64,000 nt of DNA from a virus (Duplodnaviria; Caudoviricetes): IMG/VR virus record IMGVR_UViG_2871760914_000003, positions 3,131-67,130 of that record; one strand, given 5' to 3'. The position numbers were made by a program, and so were the translations under genes. The notes beneath the pieces are model-generated. The model did not search any database. It had not been told where the DNA came from and saw nothing but the letters and a program-made list of their open reading frames with translations. Position 1 is the first letter of the stretch. Each line of letters opens with the position of its first letter. This document shows positions 57,733 to 64,000 of the stretch, in pieces.

Positions 57733-58003
57733 CGGTTTCTCTTCTGATAATGGTTTCACGATGGAGCGCCTGCGCGCTGGCCTGGTTCTGAAGCAGCCGC
57801 AGCGCCGCCTCACGTTTTCGGCTAGCCTGGATATCCGCATCGAGTTGGGCCAGCGCCTTGTCCCGGCTGCTGACGTCAGCCGTCAGCGTACTCACCCTGC
57901 GCTGTGCCTCATCCCGTTGATGAGTCATCACGCTAAGGCGCCAGCCGGTTAAGCCCAGGGCAATAAGCAAAATGGCGATCGCCAGTGCAACCAGTCGCAT
58001 CAT
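57569..58003 (-). CDS. lysB: Inner-membrane spanin
   Basis: TM helix, coiled coil, WSAAALPADVIRL. Confidence 0.86.
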   Translation of the reverse strand: MMRLVALAIAILLIALGLTGWRLSVMTHQRDEAQRRVSTLTADVSSRDKALAQLDADIQASRKREAALRLLQNQASAQALHRETIIRRETDANPALRVWSAAALPADVIRLHSRPAFSNARDYLDWLSTRDKLPHSGKQPADAG

Positions 58004-58509
58004 GCCGCTCCTTTTAAACACCACGCCATTTCGCGCTGGCGACGGTTATCCAGGCCCGGGTTGTAGGTGCCTTTGACATATACCCAGCGCTTAAGCTGCA
58101 GGCAGGCATCGTGCCAGCGGCCGCTGTTGATCAATCCCGCCAGCGTTGAGTGACAGGCGGCGTGCACGCCAACGTTAAAACCGAATGACACCACCGCGTC
58201 ATAAACCTGGAACGGCATTTCACGTGGCATGCACTGGTCGATCCCGCGTTCAACGCGCATCACGTCGTAAACCAGGTTTACCGCGGCCTGGCGCTCGTTC
58301 ACCACGCTGGTCGTGGTAACACCTTGCGTGTGACCAATGCCGTTGGTCCAGACGCCGGCGCTGCACTGATAGGGCGAGGTGCGGCAGCCTTCTGCATCGG
58401 CAATCAGCTTCAGGCCGGCTTCAGAGGTTTTCAGCATGTTGATTTGCGGTAGCAACGCGGCCAGGGCCAGTACGGCCGCCACGGCGCAACGTTTAGCGGT
58501 CTGGCTCAA
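58000..58509 (-). CDS. GH24 SAR-type endolysin
   Basis: TTG start aligned with prophage 1 lysozyme (QTAKRCAV); EGCRTSPYQCSAGVWT; GLDNRR. Confidence 0.9.
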   Translation of the reverse strand: MSQTAKRCAVAAVLALAALLPQINMLKTSEAGLKLIADAEGCRTSPYQCSAGVWTNGIGHTQGVTTTSVVNERQAAVNLVYDVMRVERGIDQCMPREMPFQVYDAVVSFGFNVGVHAACHSTLAGLINSGRWHDACLQLKRWVYVKGTYNPGLDNRRQREMAWCLKGAA

Positions 58510-58717
58510 AGTTAAGCCCCTGTAAGTTGCGCTGCTGTAGCTCGTAAGTTTTGCGACGGTAGTGCCAGTTGATAAAAAACGTCGCAACGTTGGTGCACAT
58601 GGTCAAAACGGCGACGCCAGAGCCAACCATAAAGGCGATATCCTGCGGTGTGTGACGTCCAAACCACATCAGGACGATCCCGATGAGGTAATTAATCAGA
58701 GAACTGATTTTTTCCAT
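58493..58717 (-). CDS. Holin
   Basis: MEKISSLINY..., two hydrophobic segments, WHYRRKTY; homologous to 10154-10366. Confidence 0.83.
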   Translation of the reverse strand: MEKISSLINYLIGIVLMWFGRHTPQDIAFMVGSGVAVLTMCTNVATFFINWHYRRKTYELQQRNLQGLNFEPDR

Positions 58718-58722
58718 TGGCG

Positions 58723-58926
58723 CTAATCCCACAGATTGAGGGTTTCACCCGTGGCCGCCTGAGGCAGCTCCGGTAACACCACTCTGCATCCGTGCGGTAA
58801 TGTTGGGCCTTGTTCTGCCAGGCCAGGATTGGCGGCATAAACCTGTTCAACCGCCTGCTGCGTGCGTCCGTAGTAACGCCAGCAGATCTCATCAACGGTT
58901 TCTTCCTGTTGTGCGTAAATCAGCAT
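58723..58926 (-). CDS. X: Tail protein X
   Basis: MLIYAQQEETVDEICWRYYGRTQ...ANPGLA. Confidence 0.92.
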   Translation of the reverse strand: MLIYAQQEETVDEICWRYYGRTQQAVEQVYAANPGLAEQGPTLPHGCRVVLPELPQAATGETLNLWD

Positions 58927-59618
58927 TGATTGGCCCCTTATGAGCGTAAAAGCCATGGTCGAGTAGGCGATAAGTTGAGAACATCCGCTGTCGTGGTGAC
59001 AGGCAATAAAGGCCCCGTTGGCCAACAGAAACCTGTTCAGAGAATTGCACCGTCGGGCCACCAAACCGCCCTGAAGCCGAATCCGGATAACCCGGATACG
59101 CGATGTGCATTGGCCTTCGCGCAGAGCGATCCAGAGATTGCTGTGCCTGCCGCTTGTCAGAAGTAGTGTGTGCCTCAGCAGGCGCTTGCTCAACGCAAGG
59201 CCGTCCGCTCAAGGCTGGGCGGGCAGAGGGTTACACCCTGGATGCGGGCGCCGATGGAAGGGTCGCGAAAGCGCTGGGATGACGTGAGCGTATTTGCTTT
59301 CACAGCGACGACCGGGAGAGGTCGTAAGCCAGCAACAGGAAAGGGGCAGTAACCAAAAGATTGCCGCGAACGCTGACAGGAAAGCGGCCGGGATAACGTT
59401 ATTCAGTAAAGGTGGGGGAAGACTACGCCTGGCGAACAGGGGTTGCTGCAAACGCCTGCAGGCAGCAGATGCCCCGCGTTTTCGGTCGGTCATGACGCAA
59501 TGTCAGCGATAAAACGCACTGGCGCGGTTTTGCTGTTGCCCGCACCTGAACCCTCTCATCCGTTAAGATGGCTCAGGCAACGGACAACCGTCCTGATGTC
59601 ACAGTGAACGCGTCGCCA

Positions 59619-59813
59619 TCATGATTTTTTTAAAGGCGTCGCCGCAAAGACAACAGAAAAGTGGTTATCGGAAAGGGTGTAGTTCGCAGCGATTTCAGCG
59701 ATCAAATTTAACGCGATTTCCCTGTCACGCTCCCGGCAGGCTCCTTCACTGGTAAGCCTGGCGATAAGTTCGACGCGTTCAAGCATGACTCGCTCATGTA
59801 ATTCATTTCCCAC
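59619..59813 (-). CDS. Tum-like SOS-controlled small protein
   Basis: ERVELIARLTSEGACRERDREIALNLIAEIA; GTG start 23 nt after LexA box; same position as tum in prophage 1. Confidence 0.72.
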   Translation of the reverse strand: MGNELHERVMLERVELIARLTSEGACRERDREIALNLIAEIAANYTLSDNHFSVVFAATPLKKS

Positions 59814-59835
59814 AATTCCCTCCCCCAAATAAATA

Positions 59836-59851
59836 CTGTACATACATACAG
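59836..59851. promoter_or_regulatory. LexA box
   Basis: CTGTACATACATACAG. Confidence 0.9.
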
Positions 59852-60050
59852 TAGCATAGCATTCGTTAACTGTGGAAGCGTTTTAAGATAGTTCGTAAAA
59901 AATTATATCATGTTGATAGGCATCAACTTTTGTTGTACTGCCTGCCAGACAGGTGAAGGCACACTTACGCCAGAAGCGTAAGAAAAATCAATAGATTTTC
60001 TTCATTTACCTATCCAAAACAGCAGGTTTTCACTCCGCCTTTTCGTCACG

Positions 60051-62114
60051 TCAGGGCGAAAAAGAAATCCTCATCGTTGGCTGGGCCGCAGGAGAAGCAT
60101 CGCCTCTGTCGTCGCCTGAAACAGGGCCAGGAATGCGTAAAGGCGAAGCCCGGCAGATAAACCTGGAAGCCCTTTCGCCTTGGTGACCTCTGCGCCACGG
60201 ATCTGTGCGCAGATCGCCAGATACCTCACTTCCGGCATAAAAACGGCTTACGGGATCCGTACAGTTATTAACAGAACTCCAAGACAACGAAGCGGACTGG
60301 CTTTTTTCGTCGCCCGCATCTTCAGCACGTTTGGGCACCAGCTTCCATAGCTTTAACCGCGTCAGGACTGGCGTATCAGCACCAACGGCAGTGGCGTAAA
60401 CGCCTTTAATTGACTGGATTTCCTCACTAAACGCATTACAGCTTTCGGCGGGCTGGTACCAGGTGCGCACCACAAGCGCGTCGCGTTTAACGAACGGGCC
60501 GCCCTGGGCATTGATGTAGTCGGCCCATTGACCGGCATCGGCCGCATCGTGCACCGCGGCGAATTCCACGCTCAGGCCATGCGCGGTTTCGGTGTCCGCC
60601 ATGCGGCGAAGTTCGCGATAAACTGTTACGGGCGCACCTCCAATAAACTGAAACTGGCGGATGTGCCAGCGAGCTGCCCATGCCGACACCGCCATCGCCG
60701 TCTCCCTTAGCGGTTTACCGCTCTCGTTATCCCGCTCGCCCTCTAGCGCATAGCCGTCAATGTTTTTAGAAACATATTTGGCAACATAGCCGGTCGCGCT
60801 GCCTTTCGCCGGATCGATCGCTTCGACGTGAAAACGGGCTTTGCGCGCCTTTGCGCTGTCTAGTTCCTCACTGTCCTGCTGGCAGGCGTAATGGCGCAGG
60901 ATCTCGTCTACGCGGTTAACGTCTTCAGGGCGCATAAACATCAGCAAATGCCAGTGGGGCGTGCCATCATGATGCGGCTCCGCAACCCGTAAACCAAAAA
61001 TGCTGATCTTTTCACGGTGCAGTTTGGCCCGCACTTTTTGCCAGAGTGAGCAGAGATAGCGCTGTGTTTCGGCCGGGCTGGCCCCCGTCCATTTAGCGTT
61101 ACGGTGACCACTCTGCAAGGTCGCGTGATAGCGTGACGGCGCGGTTAACGTGTAGAAGCAGGCCCGGAAGCCCATATCCTGACAGATGGTTTCGAAGCCA
61201 CGGATACGCGTCATCAGTTCAGCACGACGAATAGCCGGATTGGCTACGCTGCCGTCGTATTTTTCAATCAGGCTGATGCGGTTGCCCTCTTCATCCTCCA
61301 GATCCATTCCCTGAAGGAAATCACGGGTACGTCGGCGTTGCTCACGCCATTCCGCTACGGCCATAAGGCTGGCATAAGGGGAATGCGTTTTATTGACGTT
61401 CGCCAGGGCGATATGCAGATGTTCACGCCAGAAGGCACTGATACGACGCAGCTGACCTTTCCACCATTTTTCCGCCTGCATACGCAGAATGGCCGAGGTC
61501 ACCGCTTCAGGGCAGAATACGCGGGCGCTGACGGTTTCCCATAAAGGCGGCGTCTGACCCAGCTCATGGGTGATCACCGCCGCGGTCATATACAGTCTGT
61601 GGGTATAACGGTAGTCCGTATCGGTTTGGGCGTGAGTGTGCAGTTGCACCAGCTCCGCGTGAATGAAATGCGCGATATCCCCTGCCAGCACATCAGTGTC
61701 GGCACGGGACATATCCGGAAGGCGGTTAAAGCGTTTCATCAGTTCCCACAGCGTGCCAGCGGCTCTGGCTGCCCCCTGCGGGCAGGACATGCTGCGGGTC
61801 AGCTGTGCGACAACGCCCGTGCGCATATCATGCAGTTGATAACGTCGGTTAACAGCGTCAACACGTGGCAATGTGCGCTCAACAAAGGTTTTTGCTAAGT
61901 AGGCATTGGCCCGGGCTGTTCCCTGCTGCTGCTCCAGACTGGCAAGACGACGCTTCACGTCCATCTGGACAATGCTGGGCTGGGCACGAAGAATTTTCTG
62001 TCCGTGCAACCACGCCGCAATCTGTCGATGACGGTGCTGCTGCTGGTCATGGGTCAGATACGGGCTGGCTATCGCCAGCCGCGGGGCGTTCCACGGGTAA
62101 GCGAACGACATCAT
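60051..62114 (-). CDS. A: Rolling-circle replication initiator gpA (open, divergent short C-terminus)
   Basis: FAYPWNAPR, EPHHDGTPHWH, YVAKYVSKN all intact; 687 aa. Confidence 0.93.
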   Translation of the reverse strand: MMSFAYPWNAPRLAIASPYLTHDQQQHRHRQIAAWLHGQKILRAQPSIVQMDVKRRLASLEQQQGTARANAYLAKTFVERTLPRVDAVNRRYQLHDMRTGVVAQLTRSMSCPQGAARAAGTLWELMKRFNRLPDMSRADTDVLAGDIAHFIHAELVQLHTHAQTDTDYRYTHRLYMTAAVITHELGQTPPLWETVSARVFCPEAVTSAILRMQAEKWWKGQLRRISAFWREHLHIALANVNKTHSPYASLMAVAEWREQRRRTRDFLQGMDLEDEEGNRISLIEKYDGSVANPAIRRAELMTRIRGFETICQDMGFRACFYTLTAPSRYHATLQSGHRNAKWTGASPAETQRYLCSLWQKVRAKLHREKISIFGLRVAEPHHDGTPHWHLLMFMRPEDVNRVDEILRHYACQQDSEELDSAKARKARFHVEAIDPAKGSATGYVAKYVSKNIDGYALEGERDNESGKPLRETAMAVSAWAARWHIRQFQFIGGAPVTVYRELRRMADTETAHGLSVEFAAVHDAADAGQWADYINAQGGPFVKRDALVVRTWYQPAESCNAFSEEIQSIKGVYATAVGADTPVLTRLKLWKLVPKRAEDAGDEKSQSASLSWSSVNNCTDPVSRFYAGSEVSGDLRTDPWRRGHQGERASRFICRASPLRIPGPVSGDDRGDASPAAQPTMRISFSP
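60257..60283 (-). other. gpA origin/nick site (headless element)
   Basis: Plus strand CCGTACAGTTATTAACAGAACTCCAAG; identical to 42802-42828. Confidence 0.88.
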
Positions 62115-62338
62115 CGCGTATTCCCGTAGTGAAGACGTGCTCTCAGCTCGCTCAACTCCTGACAGGAGAGGCAGCGGGTCACGCCCTGCAGCGCACGACG
62201 GCGCGCTTCAGGAATCGGTGCGTCGCACTCTTCACAGAGCGAGGCGCCGATCGCCACAGGACGTTGCGTAACCTGCGCGATATTTTGCGCCAGGATTTCC
62301 TCGCTGCGCTGCTGCGCAATATCGATTGCATCTGCCAT
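62111..62338 (-). CDS. DksA/TraR C4 zinc-finger protein
   Basis: CEECDAPIPEARR...RCLSCQ. Confidence 0.9.
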   Translation of the reverse strand: MADAIDIAQQRSEEILAQNIAQVTQRPVAIGASLCEECDAPIPEARRRALQGVTRCLSCQELSELRARLHYGNTR

Positions 62339-62556
62339 TAGCGCATCTCACCTGATTCGTTTTCATAACGCTCAGCTTCAGATCGCAACAGCTCTGCTGC
62401 TTCGATGCCGTTTAGCGTCTGCCGCGTAATGTGCGCTGCCATCGCACTCAGCCGCTTCGCCACGGCCAGCGCGCAGGCTTTACGCTCATTATCGAGCAGT
62501 TTATTGAGAGTAAAGGCCATGGCGTCGTTCATTGGATGTGTCTCGGTATTCATCAT
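62338..62556 (-). CDS. DUF2732-like early protein
   Basis: LNKLLDNERK...EAAELLRSEAERYE. Confidence 0.78.
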   Translation of the reverse strand: MMNTETHPMNDAMAFTLNKLLDNERKACALAVAKRLSAMAAHITRQTLNGIEAAELLRSEAERYENESGEMR

Positions 62557-62622
62557 TTCTCTCCAGATTTTGGGCAAAGGCATGCCCGACGGGTTTACGT
62601 CATAACGTCAGGGGTGATTTAT

Positions 62623-62991
62623 TTATTCAGGCAGAAAGCAGTCAGCCGTTGAGAACTGACGCGGCAACATGTTTCCCCAGCGGGCCAGCTTATTCATTGC
62701 TAAAATGATGTGCTCACGGCGCGCCTGGTCAAAAAACTGGAAAGGCCTGCCAATGTCTTCCAGCCTGAACATGCCCGGGCAGTCGCGGTTAGCCAGGGTT
62801 AATACGCAAAATTTAAAGTCATCATTTTGACGATTAAAATAGCGAAGCGATGGGTTTCGGTTGTGATCGCGCAGCAAGCGCCAGTGCTGTCGAAACGCAT
62901 CAAACGTCATTTTTTCGCTGTGGCAGTCTTGCTCTGCGGTGAAACGTGGCCCGGCAGATGACTGACTGATGACCTGGACGGTGCGGTTCAT
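62623..62991 (-). CDS. DUF5347-like early protein
   Basis: NPSLRYFN..NDDFKFCVLTLANRD...FSTADCFLPE. Confidence 0.78.
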   Translation of the reverse strand: MNRTVQVISQSSAGPRFTAEQDCHSEKMTFDAFRQHWRLLRDHNRNPSLRYFNRQNDDFKFCVLTLANRDCPGMFRLEDIGRPFQFFDQARREHIILAMNKLARWGNMLPRQFSTADCFLPE

Positions 62992-63388
62992 AGGCTCCTC
63001 CGAAAAACGTTGCAGCGGGTTTTGACGAATCAATACCCTCATCGTTGTTACAGTGACGTTTTACTGGCGGCGGATTCGCGCCTGTCTCATCCATGACGCT
63101 CGTTAAGCATTAAGCGAAACGGCAGGTGCGCAGACGGTTTCCCCCCAGATTGCCCCGGACAGGGCGCGTTGCTGCGCCAGCCGCGGCCTGAGAGCGCTTT
63201 CGACCCTGAAAGCGCGCTTTTACACGCCTCTCCACGTGCGCTGACTGCATTAGCCCTGCATCTCATTGCGACAATAAGGTTCTGGCTTGATGATTGTAAA
63301 AATGAGCCTCATCAGGCAAAATCTTGAGTTATCAGATAAAGCCGCACCCTGTTGCATCATTCAAAGGCTAACTTAAACTGGAGGATAC

Positions 63389-63403
63389 TTAGACTAAATC
63401 TAA
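63389..63403. promoter_or_regulatory. Putative CI operator at cI/early switch
   Basis: TTAGA-CTAAA-TCTAA palindrome immediately before cI. Confidence 0.6.
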
Positions 63404-64000
63404 GTGTCAATAAAAATGAGCGTTTATACTAATTTCAAATTTCCGAACTCGAGCGCAGAAGCTCTGGATCGCGTTGTCGATGCCTACGGCTTTACCATGA
63501 AAATGCAGCTTGCAGATCACCTTGGAATTGCAGCAAGTAGCCTGTCTGCACGCTATAAACGTGATGTTTTTCCTTCAGATATCGTTTTACAGTGCGTGAT
63601 GGAAACGGGCGCAGACCTGCAATGGTTGATCACAGGCAAAGGCTCAAAATTCTCTGAAAGCAAACCCGACACGCCCACGCTGGTTAGAAAAAAACTAATC
63701 AGCGGCAAAATCGAGGAAGCGGGTTATGTGATGCTGGATAAAGCGTTATACGCGCCATTGAAACAGGAACCCCGCAGTGCTTTCTTACTGTTGGCGGAAA
63801 CCACCCAGTACATCATCGATACCGATTTTGAAGATATGCATGACGGCGTCTGGTTGGTCGAAATTGAAGGAACCGCCAGCGTCAGGACGCTAACGCGCAT
63901 TCCGGTCAGGAAAGTGCACGTCAGCGGCATCGGCGTAGCGTTTGATTGCGGGATTGATGATATCAGGCTGATTGGCCGCGTGGTTCTGACGATTCAATAA
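63404..64000 (+). CDS. cI: CI repressor (186-type)
   Basis: HTH QLADHLGIAASSLSARYKRD; DLQWLITGKG; C-terminal CI domain; start 63404 (GTG) or 63416 (ATG). Confidence 0.92.
   Translation: MSIKMSVYTNFKFPNSSAEALDRVVDAYGFTMKMQLADHLGIAASSLSARYKRDVFPSDIVLQCVMETGADLQWLITGKGSKFSESKPDTPTLVRKKLISGKIEEAGYVMLDKALYAPLKQEPRSAFLLLAETTQYIIDTDFEDMHDGVWLVEIEGTASVRTLTRIPVRKVHVSGIGVAFDCGIDDIRLIGRVVLTIQ

Larger units (their letters stand above)
42956..64000. mobile_element. Headless P2-like element (putative R-type tailocin locus), extends beyond window
   Basis: ogr-D-U-T-E-FII-FI-invertase-H-I-J-W-V-R-lysis-X, then directly tum-A-cI; no L, M, N, O, P, Q, S, cos, dam, cII or apl. Confidence 0.88.

Noticed and set aside
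59100-59618. cos site in the headless element
   Set aside because: No match to the GGCG(T/A)GGCGGGG core seen at 17690-17708; small ORFs here overlap on both strands with no family signal

Overview
Enterobacterales chromosomal hotspot of tandem mobile elements at a tRNA-Ile(CAT)/ileX-type attachment site. The intact tRNA is not in the window; three 3'-fragment att copies lie at 28997, 39065 and (degenerate) 41202. (1) 1-29042: a 186/PSP3-like P2-family prophage that looks intact from the tape measure gene to the integrase. It carries head, tail and lysis genes, cos, tum, A, dam, cII/apl/cI and int. Its cargo includes a DUF262 + HEPN + C5-methyltransferase locus, an STM2901/DUF1493-like pair and a TGT/DpdA-like gene. 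(2) 29043-39110: a ~10 kb att-flanked satellite-like island with an unusual mix of modules: P4-type integrase, AlpA-like HTH, P2-type gpA rolling-circle initiator with its ori, a Lamassu/ABC-3C defence operon, a cos-like motif and a lone P27-type TerS. (3) 39111-41236: the right-end relic of another P2-like prophage (integrase pseudogene plus two cargo genes). (4) 41.7-42.9 kb: an RHH gene, an unknown gene and three tandem copies of the P2 gpA nick site. (5) 42956-64000: a headless P2-like element (tailocin-like). It has tail and lysis genes but lacks L/M/N/O/P/Q, S, cos, cII and apl, and retains ogr, LexA-controlled tum, A, cI and a multi-site tail-fibre inversion system. Most striking observation: the orphan ori copies match the ori in the headless element's A gene (27 bp identical), share its orientation and sit just past the end of the tail cluster. 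This suggests a bounded gpA rolling-circle initiation/termination unit of ~17.4 kb that amplifies the tailocin genes (inference, untested).
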